Of a DNA stretch of 64,000 bases, positions 51,959 to 64,000 are shown one piece after another. The DNA is from Camelus ferus (Eukaryota), in NCBI RefSeq assembly GCF_009834535.1, contig NC_045696.1:19036001-19100000 (forward strand), read 5' to 3'. The position numbers were made by a program, and so were the translations under genes. Within the stretch, counting starts at the first letter, position 1; the number at the start of each line of letters is the position of its first letter. Below the pieces are notes generated by a model, which saw only the letters and a program-made list of their open reading frames with translations, made no database searches and had not been told where the DNA came from.

Positions 51959-53219
51959 AGAAAGAGTCCCCAGATAAAAAGCAAAGTCACTATCACTACT
52001 GAAAAGTAGTCTTTAATCTCTCTAAGAATAAGAGAAGATTTTAAAAAATTAGGGGTTCACCGTTACTTGACATCATCTGCCAATGTGGTAGCAGCAGTGT
52101 TAAGTCCCTGTGTGTCATCAGGGTTCTCTGTCTTGACACAAGTTCCTTCTACAGCCTCCAGGCCCTCAGGTCCAGAAACTTCAGGGAAGATTAGCAAACT
52201 TTCAGAACCGGGAGAGCAGGCACTTTCTTTTAAAGGATTTTAATATGTTTGTAACCAAATATCTTACAAAATATTAATTCAACACATTTAATGTTAGAAC
52301 AATCAATGTAAAGTCTGATCTTGTAATTACTTTGTCTTTGTATCATTAGTATGACGTATTGTTCCCCCACGGCACTGGCTCCTTTCACAAGGAAAACAGA
52401 GGTCCTTATCATTTTCTGATAATCTCCAATTTTTATATGATGAGACAGGAGAATTTAGGGCATGCTTGTGTCAAACTACTGTAACTGTGATAGGTTTTGC
52501 CTTCATTCTGTTTTAGCATTTTTCCAAGACATATCATTTATTTTGTTTCTTCATAATTGTTTTCTATTTGCATATAAGGATCCTTGTTATATTTTTTATT
52601 TCTGATTTCAAACTCATGTTCCAGAGAGTAAAAACAAATTTGAGTTCCCCTAATGAAAATTCCTGGGAACAGTTTGTCACAAGTAGGATAAACACAATGG
52701 TATTATAGTTCTCCAGAGGGGGGAACAAACCCTTCCCAAAACATTGACTATTTAATAGAGTATGTTTGAGTTTTCTGCATTCACTTTATGTAAACTTGGC
52801 TGTGAATGCTGTTTATTTTTCTGTCATTTGAATTACAGATTCTGTGTTAAGTCAAAATATGGGGTAATTTACCATATAATGTTAAATTCTTTCTTCTCTG
52901 AATGATGCCCCAAATGTTAATATGAACTACATGATATTTCCCGCTGTGAGCATCAGAGAGGAAGCAGAAGTTCAGGCAGATAAACAGATCTCTTCCAACT
53001 TTATGAAGTAATGATGGTCCTTTTTCAGGCAAGTCTGTCATTTAACCTGTGCATGTATTTGGCTATTTTATATGACCTATATGTTATTCACTGAGGAAGA
53101 AATCTGTGTGTATATTTCCAGGTAATTCAAATTAATTATTTTACAAAATAGTAGGAAATACTTAGGTAATCTGTGGTTAAACAACACGTTGTCTTAATAT
53201 TAATAAAAACTATTCTATC

Positions 53220-53427
53220 AAGATATTTATGGAAGACGTGATTTGATATCTGGGATTTAAAGAAAAATACAGCAGAGAAGAGTGGTAGGTGGGGGGAGGG
53301 GGGTGGTGACCCTGTAATGACCTTGCACTGAAGATTGCTGAAGCTGGATAAGAAGTATGTAAGGATTCACGTAGATTTTCTTTACTTTTGTATATGTCTG
53401 AGATTTTCTATTGAAAAAAAAGTAAAA
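53220..53427 (+). mobile_element. Old L1ME-type 3' end
   Basis: 'attgctgaagctggataagaagtatgtaaggattcac...tacttttgtatatgtctgagattttcta' followed by an A-run. Confidence 0.65.
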
Positions 53428-55685
53428 GGTTAAAGGAGAGAGGGAGAAAGAGAGAAAGACAGGGAGAAAGAGATGCTGTGGGTTAAGAAAAGGTCTTTTC
53501 TCCATGAAAAACTGTATATAAAAAGTCCTTGGATCATTGATGCTTCGCCCTGAATCCAAGGTGTGTTTTCACTGATAATGCAAAATCCTCCCAACAATTA
53601 TTCTCAAAATAAGTCTCTGTCTTTCAGTGCTGCTCTCTGGTATGGCCATTTGGCTAAAATAAAGGACGGGAATCTGTGCATTAATGGGAGCTTATTCTCC
53701 GTGATAATACACAACATCAAGTTCTTCAGTGAAAGATCAGGAGGGCGTGGAGCCGCAGACAAACAGCCAAGTGCAGAGATTAGAGGAACGGGGTGCAAGA
53801 GAAATCCAGAGAAAGGAAAAACTACTCCCAGAATGCAAAAATAAGGAAAAAAGTAAAATTGGACAAATTTCTGCTTTTCTGTGCTTGTCGAGTAGTAACA
53901 ACTGGCTCCATTCTGCCTATTTTGAAGACTTGCAAATAAAGCTCGTTAAGGTAGATGGGAGATTGAATGGTCTTGTGAAAAAAATCGAGCTTACATTATT
54001 TGGGTTCAATTTTGTAAGAGTCTCTTATTAAAATATATCTTGTTTCTATTAAAGGTTCAATGGAGTAAAATATCCTCCAGTTTGGAGGGGATTTTTTTAA
54101 AATGCGGCCCTCAGAATCCCAAAGAAATTGGTCCAAGGAATAAGAGTTTCATCTTGCTTTTGTTGGCTCTAACTCTCAGTAGTCTGCCAATTTCATGTTG
54201 GCCCCAAGAGACACTGACTCCCTATTCACCTTCGGATTCAGACTAGTTATTGGCTTATGGTAGGTGCTGATTCTAGGAGAGGGTCATGTCTGTTTGAGAA
54301 TATATATGCTGTAGCTATTAAACTGAAGGCTAATGTTCCAGGCTTTCCAAGACATCTGCTCACCTTATTAAAATTTTCTTTTCCCTCGCCATGTTAATAG
54401 TTGCCTTGCTCCTGACCTGGTACACAGTGCAGGTCCAGCCTCCTCAATTTATGTTTAGACAGCACGACTCCCACGGTGGTGTCCTGGCTGCCTGCCCAGA
54501 ATGTGTTATTGGTGACCCTGTTGTTCTCTTCCTTAAACACAAAGTTAATTATGACTTGTTGGAGCCTCTAATGATATCTGATGACCTCTGAGACATCGTA
54601 CCCTCCCTCGCTAATCTTCTAACAAGTAGACCAGATTCTATGTGAGAAAGTACCCGCTAAAAAGTGCCAAATAGACCAAAGCAAAGCTAAATGATTTCTT
54701 CTGATGAAGTGACACTGCAGAGAGCATATTTGTGTGAACGTACATCCTTAGAACCAGATTGAATTAGATGTTATGCCAACAGAATAGTACACCCCCTTTC
54801 TCACCTTCAACTAGTATGCACTGGATTAAATATGAACTAAAGTATTCAGGTTGAGCAAAGAGGATTTTTACAATACTGGCTAAATTTTCCTAAGGAGTCT
54901 GGATTTTTACAGGTTTATTTAATACCCCAGCCCTAGTTAGATTCACTTTTTTGATTAATTTTTTCAATTTATATCTAGTTGCATTAGATATCAGAAACAA
55001 TTTTTGAAAAAATGTATAAAATTTCATTTTAGGCTTACAGTGCTCCATGAGTATGTATTTAAATATAATATGTGTATATTTGTCATGAAAAATAAGTTTT
55101 CTAATAAATTAGAATATGTATAAATTACAGAATCCAACACAGCAGCAAGGTTAACAGATGACTCATGGTCATGTAATATTCATAAGTATATGATTGGAGA
55201 AATTTGGCAAAATATACATCATCTCATTTAATATTTTCATACAAATACTCATAGTATTTGCTATGGCTATATGAGGATTTCTTGATATGGTACATCTTTT
55301 CCTTATAGTAAAGTAAAATTGATTTATTCAATAGGAATCTATTTTTATTTATTCAAGACATCCCTGGATAATGGAGTACAACTATTTTATGTTGAAATTA
55401 TAAAAAATAGAAAAACTATTTTGGACTTCTTCATTTTATTAAAAAGTAAGCAAACAAACATATATTAAAAAGAGATATGCCTTCATCCATCAAAATCTGA
55501 AATTTATTTATATTTACCTTATATTTATGACATTGATAAATCTGAATGGATAAAGAATAAGTATGAACTTAGTTATTTACTATAATTATATTATTATTAC
55601 CTGAAAAAAATGATCTGTAATGTGACTTTATATTTTTGAGAAATCCCTTGATAAACCTGCTGCTCCAGAATATGACATTTATCCT

Positions 55686-55688
<3 letters not shown>

Positions 55689-55721
<33 letters not shown>
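55689..55721. repeat. (TA)n microsatellite
   Basis: Directly visible. Confidence 0.95.
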
Positions 55722-55725
<4 letters not shown>

Positions 55726-55959
55726 TTAGAAAATGCATAAAAGGAAAAATAATACAAATAAGAGAATTATATTATGACCCAGATAAGGACAGTTAACAGG
55801 CTGACAGTAGTGGAGATAACAGGTAGAAAAGAAAAAGAGGTGGGTTTAAAAGACAACTGAATACTGAGCTAATAAATGCTGTCATACACCTTCCACCAGG
55901 AAGCAGTAACGCTTTCTACTTCAAGCAGTTACTTGTTGGGACAAAATTCTCTGAAGAGA

Positions 55960-58647
55960 ATTGGCACTTTCTGTTTTCAAAGAGTTCCTAAACTAAGTGA
56001 ACTGTAGCAGAGGTGGCCCTTGAAAGCAGACCCTCAGTTTGGGACACTCACCTATCAGTTGACAACAGAATCCCATTACTATTGGGAAGTAGCGGGTGTT
56101 AACCTAGCATCATGGTCCTGAGGTGATCACTTTTGAGGGATTAGAATGGAACACAGGTAAAAGGGAAATGATTGAGTTATACTCTCATTTTAGTCCTTAT
56201 TTTTTAATTTTTTAAAATTGAAGTATAGTTGATTTACAGTGTTGTGTTAGTTTCTAGTGTACAGCATAGTGATTCAGTTTTACATTTTATATATTCTTTC
56301 ACATATACTTTTTCATTACAGGTTATTACACAATGTTGAATATAGTTCAATAGGTGCTATACAGTAGGACCTTGCTGTGCATCTATTCTGTATACAGTAG
56401 TTTGTATCTGCTAATCCCAAGCTGCTAATTTAGCCCTCCTTGCTCCCTTTTCCCCTTTGGTAACCATAAATTTGGTTTCTACGTCTGTGAGTCTCTTTCT
56501 GTTTTGTAAATACATTCATTTTTGTCATTTTTTTAGATTCCACATGTAACTGATACCATATGGTATTTGTCCTCTGTCTGACTTACTTCACCTAGCATGA
56601 TAATCTCTAAGTACATCTGTGTTGCTGCAAATGGCATTATTTCATTCTTTTTATGGCTGAGTAGTATTCCATTGTATATATAAACCACAGCTTCTTCATC
56701 CAATCATCCATTGATTCATTTTAGCCTTTAAACAGAATGAAACAGATGAAGATTTAGAAGTTGATTGGTTTCTGTGGTCCTTGAAGGCCTTAAATCAAAA
56801 AGCCTTTTGGGAGCCAAATAGCACTCAAGACATACAACGGAAGCCAGAAGGCCTATGTGGCATCATTTATTGAGGTCCTTAACTTTTGTAGCCACTGTCT
56901 AAACTGCTACAAATCAGGCAACAGATTTAACCATAGAAGTGAAAGAGTAGTAAAGAAAACAACATAGAGATTCAATAGCTCTCCTGTGATAAAACCAGTG
57001 TCCCGTAGACAGTAACTGAGACACTTGTATGGCCATAGGTAGACACTTGAACCCAGAAATTCCCTTAAACACTCAGGGCTGATACAAGTGGCACACACCT
57101 CATTGCTGGAAGGCAGTGGCCTCCCCTGCCTGCACACCTGAGAGAAACCTCACCTGATGCATTTGTTTTAAAGAGGATACTTGTCTTAATCTTGATCCAG
57201 GCTTCCACTCACCATTGTCTCCTGATGAATAACCAGGTGTAGATCTCAGCAAGTCTCAAGCTGAAAAGCATACTTCCTGCTGTGGAATTAGGCAGCTTAT
57301 TTATAGAAAAATATTGCAGGACTTGGCATTATGTACCGAGAAAAATATTTGTGAGAGTAGATCTTCAGGTTGTTGGACCGGGAGGAAAGGAAAAGTATGG
57401 CTGAATAAAATCGAACTGATGGATGTTTGATCACTTTCCCATTAGTCAAGTTGTGACTTGTTCTCAAGGACAGCTGGACCTGGTCCTGATAGTACTGTTA
57501 GGATGGCTGCTTGAAGCTTTGAAACAACAAGAGCCTAAACCAGGTGAGGTTCTATCCATTGCAGCCTTGCCAGAATGCTGTGGTAGGGCACAAGAAAATG
57601 CAAGTAAGACTCTTGGAATAATAGATTTTCTTACATAGACTGGAGAGCTCATTATTTGACTATGTTCTCCAGTATGTCCCAGGGGCATTGCTTTACACAA
57701 AAACAATAAAGACTGCACTGTACAGAGGACACTGAAATCATGAAGATCAGCAATAGCTGTGCTCTGTAGCAGAGCTGACAGTAGAGAAAGCTGCATGGAA
57801 GTGTGCTTCTTCATTTCGATGGGGATGATAGGGTTCCAGAATGGTACAACCCAGGTGACTGCATTTACCTGTAAGAGAAGAGTTCAAATAATATCCTAGT
57901 GGTAATGGAAACAATTCCGGGGTAACGACCAAGGTGCCTTGCTGCCTCCATGGTGAGCTCTCGTGCTCACTACTCCCTGGTAGCATTCCAATGGGAAAGA
58001 CGGATGTCGGTACGTCAGAGTGTTATTTGATGTCTACAAGCAGAAGAAACTCAAGATCTGTTCTCACAACCACAATGTAAAATCATGATCCCTCATGCAG
58101 TTTCCAAATTCAAACCTATTCTGCAAACCAGTATCAACCATTTAAACAGGATTATTATCCCGGGAAACTCTTATGCAATAAATATTCCTCTAATTCTTTC
58201 TGAAAGAAAACAGTAGCTGTTTACCAAATTATCATAAAGTAGGGAAAGACAGATGCCTAGACTTCTTGAAAGAAACTAAAAATAGAGTTTTAGGTGACAC
58301 AGATACTAAAATCTCCAAAGTGTCATCACTCTTCCCCATCCCCCAGTTAGATTTTGGTTTTAAGGAGGCCAAAAGATAGATAGATTTCTGGCCCTAGGAC
58401 AACTCATGGTGTGTTCTGTTGTGCCTGTGGTCCTACTCTGTAACCATTTTCCTGATTCTTGAATTCATAATTAGTGTCAGTTTACTCAAGATTGGCTAAA
58501 CCCTCATAAGGCTCCCTGATGGCTGGCAGTTATGGCAAAAAGGGCCAAGTGATGTGGCTGACACTTCACTCTCCAGCCAGAGGAGTAAGTCAAAAGCATC
58601 GCTGTCTCTGAGAGAAATTCATAGATCAGTGATATCCTCAAAGACTT
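55960..58647 (+). mobile_element. ERVL provirus relic (HERV16-like): 5' LTR end, leader, gag, protease and start of RT
   Basis: ORF 57423-57638 includes LLGWLLEAL...GEV (ERVL gag LLGWLAE.W). About 57819-57880 reads MGMIGFQNGTTQVTAF (gag MGIIGS...QVAAL). About 58280-58647 is degenerate protease/RT start ('attggctaaaccctcataaggctccctga', 'gatcagtgatatcctcaaagactt', cf. WQNPHIGSL...ISATIKDL). Confidence 0.85.
56200..56715 (-). mobile_element. Cetartiodactyl-type L1 3' end inserted into the ERVL leader
   Basis: 'aattgaagtatagttgatttacagtgttgtgttagtttctagtgtacagcatagtgattcag...'. TSD tcattttagtcctta (56185-56199) and tcattttagccttta (56716-56730), 13/15. Confidence 0.92.
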
Positions 58648-58649
58648 CT

Positions 58650-59090
58650 TATGGTTGTTCCCATTATGTCCCTACTTAATTCCCTGGCCTCCAGGAATTT
58701 CCTCGTATATAGCACTCAACCGATCATGCTTGAGTAAGACTCTCCAGGTCTCTGGGGTCCTCCCTCTGTGGAATTCTCTTTTCTCTAGTACTCTCACCTG
58801 TGAATGCTAGCTGCCCTGGCTTCTCCAGGCTGGCAACTCTGTGGAATAAATTCAAGGAGTGATCAAGATTCTACATGGGTTCCCCCTTCTTGTGCTATGA
58901 CCCAGAAATTTTCTCCAGCTAATAAGTTGTGACGATCGGAAAATCTCACCTCTTCAGTCTCTCATGGGTCACTGTTAAAATACCTTGAACGTTATTTCAT
59001 ATTTTGTCCACTTTTTTTTAGTTGTTTTTGTTTCAAGTGGACTGGTGAATATGGTGTTTGTCATTCCCTCCTGACTAGAAGAAGAGATTG
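58650..59090 (-). mobile_element. Old L1M 5'-region fragment within the ERVL relic
   Basis: 'tccctggcctccaggaatttcctc...ctctagtactctcacctgtgaatgctagctgccctggcttctcc' resembles antisense L1M 5'UTR. Confidence 0.6.
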
Positions 59091-59147
59091 ATGATGGAAG
59101 TGATTCAGTGTGAGGTATGGATGTCTGTAAGTGGTCTGGGTGGTGAA

Positions 59148-59641
59148 GTACAGCAGAATCTCTGAATGCCCTGATAACACGGCCCACTGGCCATGTCTTT
59201 AATCACTTGCTGTGTTAGAGAGTTCTCGTGCATGCTAGAACATCTCACCTCAGGTGGCACTTTCACTGCTGTACCTCAAAGACTTTTTTCTGAAGTCACT
59301 CAGTCCACAAACAGGACAGCTGAGGAATAATAATAGTAAATAATAACAGTAACAATAATAATAATAATAACATAGAAAAGAATAATAATAATACGGCAAC
59401 TTATTCTCAATGGAGGAAGTGAATCAGTGGAAAAATGTCCCATTTTTTTAACCCCAAGTCTGTGGCATATTCTACACAAGATTTGAGTCACATTCCCCAC
59501 AGTGGGATCTGGCTCTCTCCTTTTCTGTCTTACTCTCTTAGTAACTTCCTACCTATTTCCTTATGTCATCTCCCAAACATATTACTTACACCTGAATCTT
59601 TGTCTTAATCTCTGCTTTTAGAGAGATTTCAAACTAAGATA
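59148..59641 (+). mobile_element. LTR16A-like 3' LTR with internal (AAT)n
   Basis: Ends 'catctcccaaacatattacttacacctgaatctttgtcttaatctctgcttttagagagatttcaaactaagata', the LTR16-type terminus. Confidence 0.75.
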
Positions 59642-59924
59642 CCATATAATTGTGTCTTTATGTTACAGCCTATAAAAAAGGCTTGGGACGTCACTAGAAA
59701 ATAAGTGAGCATCACTCCAAAATGGATACTGTGGTGTGTAGAACTCTACACTTTCTTGTTTTGAGGAGAGAATGATCTTTATTGTACTCAGGGAACCACA
59801 CCCCATATCATAGACTGGAAATAGTTGCCTTATGTTAGGTTGAAGAATACTGTTATTACTGTTGTTTCCTAAACTTTTTAAATCGGCAAAGGTGGTGTAT
59901 ATGGACCCTCAATTGACAAAGGAG

Positions 59925-60410
59925 TGAATTTTCCTTTTTTGTCTGTTGTCAATTCAGTATCGCCTCCACCCCTCCTCTAAGATATCATGATTGTCATAGG
60001 CAAAGCCAGAACTTCATTTTCCAAAGTCCTTTCCTCATACAGTTTTCCTCATGTGGGAGGTCCATGGGACGTCCTCAGACAAGGTTTGGAAGTCAACATA
60101 GAGAGACCATCGTTCTCTGGAGGCAACTGTTAGATTTACCACAGTTTCCTGTCAGGCTTCTTGAGAGAATTCATGTTGGTGCTTCAGACTGAGATCATTG
60201 GAGCCCTGAAGTTTTCTTAGGCTTTGCAATCATTTCTGAGAACCACCAGAACAAACTCCTCTGGAACTGCTGACAGAGAACATGTGTGATGTCTGTGCTG
60301 GTCTTTTTCCCAACAATAATGGAGTAAAACTATCATTTTTCTCCATTCAAGTCTTTTATGTCTGGAACACCTAGAGGGGCTTCTAATTCCTGACTGAATG
60401 CTACGAGGGG
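59925..60410 (+). mobile_element. Old ERVL LTR (LTR33/LTR41-like)
   Basis: End 'acacctagaggggcttctaattcctgactgaa' resembles the LTR33/41 terminus. Confidence 0.5.
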
Positions 60411-60489
60411 CTATTCAGTAGTAGAAATGAGTTCACTTCCATGCTTCTCAGCCCTCAGAGTCCACAGAAGTCAAATATCTCAGCAAAAC

Positions 60490-61027
60490 AGAATTTTGAT
60501 CAGGTCACATCCCTGATGAAAAACTACCTCATGACATGCAGTTGATCTGGGGATAGAGTTTTGTAGGTTCCTCTGACCAGCTCTTCTGCTCTAGCGAGCT
60601 ACTCTCTGAAAGCTCTCAATGATAAAGCCACCACATTCTCTTTCAGTATTTCTTAAATATACTGAACTCTTTCCAACCACAATACACCACCCAACTGTAC
60701 TTTCTTTTTGATATGGTTCTCACCACCTCATGTCTTTTATGGACTTAATTCCTACTTACATTTTCTATCTCAAGTGATAAATCACCTCCTTAGAGAAGTC
60801 TCCCTAACTCTCCGAAACATGTTAAGTCCCTTTACTGTAAAATCTAATTGTGTTTATTACAACTGTAATTAAGTCTTTGCATGTGTATTTCTACAAAATG
60901 ATTATAAGTTTCTTAAGGACACTGACTATATCAGTCTGACTTATTTTTCAGTTTCTATCATATGCTATATTTTCGGGTGTTAAAGTTTTAATCAATAGAA
61001 ACTTCTTAGATATTAAATGGATAAATC
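60490..61027 (+). mobile_element. L2 3' region
   Basis: 'tgatcaggtcacatccctg...aatcacctccttagagaagtctccctaac...attataagtttcttaaggacactgac'. Confidence 0.65.
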
Positions 61028-61988
61028 ATTGTCAACGCACACCATTACATAAAGGAGGCCCTTTGAAGTGATGAACTTAGCCTAAGAAAATCTGTAGATG
61101 TAGAAGTAAAATCAGTGTATGTAGTCGGCTCTTAGGGCAGCAAAAATTAAAATGGACAAGATAGGAGGTAGAGGAAGAAGAGGCATGAACAGCAAGCTGA
61201 AGAATCTGAATTTGAATGAAGTGCAATAAGGATCAAAGAAAGATATCTGAATTAAAAAATTACTCTAAAAGAGTAAAAGCACATTGTATGTAACTTTACA
61301 TTTTTATTTCTCTGATTTTTCTGATATTAAGTATTTTGCATTATTGTAAGGCAATCTCTCAAAAATGAAATAAAAATGCCATTATGGCTCATGCATTGGG
61401 AGAAATATTACTTGTCTGTTAATCCATATGTGTTGTAACAAGAAGAAAAGTGAAGGAAATCTGCTTGGATGAGGCAGTTTCATGTTTAGTTCTGTTTTAC
61501 AAAAATCCAAAAATAAGGAGAAAATACCAGATGGGTGACAGAGCAGAAACTTGAAATAAATAAATATAAATGGAATTTAAGAGTTTTTTCCCATCAAGAA
61601 AAAAAAAATGATTTACAGGTTAAGGCAGTTTGGGAGACTGTGAGGACCAAGTAAGAGGCTGCTCTGGAAGCTCCTGCATCCATCTTCTCCCAGCCAGCCA
61701 TCATCACCTTCATCCCCATCATCACAGAAAGGCTGAGTACTGTATCACCAGTGTCTGGTCATTGATGACTGGAATGCCAGCTGTATTAGCTGACCCAACT
61801 ATTACCATCAATGATCCCTTTCCTTTTCTAAATTTCATCTACTGAAATGAGCTAAACCTAATTAAGATAAATTACCAAATTTATTTGAACCCATTCAAAT
61901 AATTTTTGATTCCCAGAATGCTATTAAGTCAAGTTAATACTATTTGTAGATATTGCAAAAAAGAATTCCTGCTCATTGGTTTCTTCTT

Positions 61989-62103
61989 TTTTAATTTTTT
62001 CATTATTTTTTAATCTTTTCCCTTAACAGAGGCCCTGGGAATTGAACCCAAGACCTCGGACACACAAGCACATGCTCTACCACTGAGCTATACCCCCATC
62101 CCC
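61989..62103 (-). mobile_element. tRNA-derived SINE (Vic-1-like)
   Basis: Minus strand reads ggggatgggggtatagctcagtggtagagcatgtgcttg...ttgggttcaattccc with a T-rich tail on the plus strand. Probable TSD tttcttctt (61980-61988 and 62107-62115). Confidence 0.9.
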
Positions 62104-62586
62104 AGATTTCTTCTTATTTTGATGTGTGGTTTTACTAACCAATATTATGCATTACTTGTGATCAGGATCAACATTGGACGCACATTGAACTTGAATTCTG
62201 AAATGGCCGCAGTGGTACATTTCTAATAGAAAAGTGAGATAAAGATAAAAATACAGTCACATGTGTGGGAAATAAGATGATCTTTAATAAATAAGTAAAC
62301 ACGTCAGGTAAGTACTGAATCGGGAATAAACGAAAAGGGATTTAATAATAAATATAAGGTGACACGAGTTAGAAACCTTCTTCTTCCTGACCAGCCCAGA
62401 TCCATTACAAGTTAGAGGGCTTCACTTAGGGGCTTTTGAGGTTATTTATCAAGAAAACTAGGAAAATAAATTGAGTTGAGTTGGTTAAAATAAAACCAAT
62501 AAATAACTATACAGTATTTTTCTTTTCCTAAGAAGCAACCCTGTGGTTTCACTGTCCTCCGAAGACAGACACATTACTTTGCTAAC

Positions 62587-63085
62587 TGCATTAGTTTCCT
62601 ATTGCTGCTGTAAAAATTTACCATGAACTTGGAGACTTAAAACAGTCGAAATTGATTATCTTACAGTTCTGGAGGTTGGAAGTTTTATATGTGTCTGATG
62701 GAGCTAAAATCAAGGTGTTGGGTCCTGGCCGGGTCCTTCCAGCAGTGCTAGAGAGAAATCTGTTGGCGAGCGTTTTCCACCTTTCAGAGGCTATCTGCAT
62801 CCCTTGGCTCATGCCTCTTCATCTTTTAAACTTCCATCTTCAAATCAAGCAAGGTAGTACCCTTAAGTCTCCCTCTGACTCTGCCCCCCTTGCCTCTCCC
62901 TTTCACTTATAAGGACCCTTGTGATTAAACAGAATCTGCATGGGTAATCTAGGATAATCTCCCAATTTTAAGATTCTTAACTTAATCACATGTAAAGTTC
63001 TTTTTGCCACGTAAGGTAACACATTCACAGATTTGGGAAATGAGGCTGTGGACATCTGTGGGAGATTGTTAGTCTGCCTACCACA
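62587..63085 (-). mobile_element. MLT1D MaLR solo LTR
   Basis: 'tgcattagtttcctattgctgctgtaaaaatttacca...gctaaaatcaaggtgttgg...gtaaggtaacacattcacag...tctgcctaccaca'; about 500 bp. Confidence 0.9.
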
Positions 63086-63264
63086 TCGCCATTATTTATT
63101 TTGAATTATTCATGTTTTTTTCAGAAATATACATAACCTCAATTAAAAAGCATCCCACTTCAGTGTCCTCTTTCTTCACCGGTCCTTCCAGGACCATAAG
63201 CAGTCAGTATTTACACCTTTTTAGTTTTAAAATAGAATACCAGGTGGCTCCATTCTTGCTAGGC

Positions 63265-63480
63265 TATAATTCATTTGTTCAAAAATTATTTCAACAATCA
63301 TGTATTGATGGCTTACTTCATGCTACACACAGTGATAAATGAGGATAAACATTGACAAGATAGACTGTGCTTATATTCCAGGGGAGGATGTGGTCAAATA
63401 TGACAGTGTAATTCTATGTAATAGGGCCGTGATGAGTGAAGTTCGGGGAGCTGTGTTTGCTCATATGTGAGAAACCTGAC
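63265..63480 (-). mobile_element. L2 3' fragment
   Basis: 'ttcatttgttca...ttcaacaatcatgtattgatggcttact...atgctacacac' is an antisense L2 end. Confidence 0.55.
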
Positions 63481-64000
63481 CCAAAATTTGTATGTCATTT
63501 AAGGCTCCTCAAACCTTTCACTTAAAACAATTTGTTCAAAATTTTTCAAAGTAAAAAGATTAAATTGATTCTCTAAATACCTTTAGATATGTAGCTATAT
63601 ACTTATTAATTTGAAAGCTCAAAAGCAGAATTTTCTTCTAATATATCTTTAATCTGTTATGTATTTCACTATTTTAGCCCAGAACTTCAAATAGTTTATA
63701 CTGGAAGAGTTTTCTTTGCTATATTTCTGAGACCTTCTGGATCCATGAAAGTATGTTGCTTTCATTCAAGGCAAGACATTTGACTGGTTGCAGCATATTT
63801 TGGTTGACAATGTGTGATTTTTCCCCTCAGATTTCTGTAGAGGTCCCATTGCCTCCTAACATTTATATCAGAAAGAAAAATCTTAGGTCAGTCGCATTTT
63901 CTTCCTTTTTCATACTTGAATTTTTGTCTGAACATCTGAGTATTTTTAACATTTAAAAATTATGACTTTACTGTTTTCTTCTTTCATGTCTACTATTAAG

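Noticed and set aside
57423..57986. ORFs in the ERVL gag region as a possible co-opted gene
   Set aside because: Gag similarity is fragmented by stops and frameshifts; the 116-aa ORF is antisense.
61630..61845. His-rich 71-aa ORF
   Set aside because: TTG start; the His run comes from a degenerate (CAT)n tract; no supporting exon context.
1..64000. CRISPR arrays, operons, rRNA, numts or non-retroviral endogenous viral elements
   Set aside because: No regularly spaced repeats or long ORFs. None recognised by eye, though a tBLASTx search would be needed to exclude very degraded viral or pseudogene fragments.

Overview
AT-rich, CpG-depleted mammalian non-coding DNA (intronic or intergenic). I find no credible protein-coding gene, RNA gene or CRISPR array. 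The six-frame ORFs are chance ORFs or decayed transposon relics. Two tRNA-derived SINEs resembling the camelid Vic-1 family and several young L1 3' ends suggest a camelid or other cetartiodactyl genome (inference). Much of the window is layered transposon debris: L1, L2, MIR, MaLR LTRs, LTR40, MER33, MER2 and two ERVL/LTR16-type provirus relics (one dUTPase-LTR, one gag-pro-LTR). Family names are recognised from memory of consensus sequences, not from a search. The best-supported unusual observations are: (1) a 97-bp, 92/97-identical local copy (38504-38600 to 34189-34285) inside an old MLT2 LTR, probably a templated insertion; (2) three L1 insertions with twin-priming 5' inversions, two of them only about 15-20 bp; (3) a 48-bp L1 insertion with a perfect 16-bp target-site duplication (TSD); (4) several repeat-free, CpG-retaining candidate regulatory blocks. 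I do not see a new biological system here.
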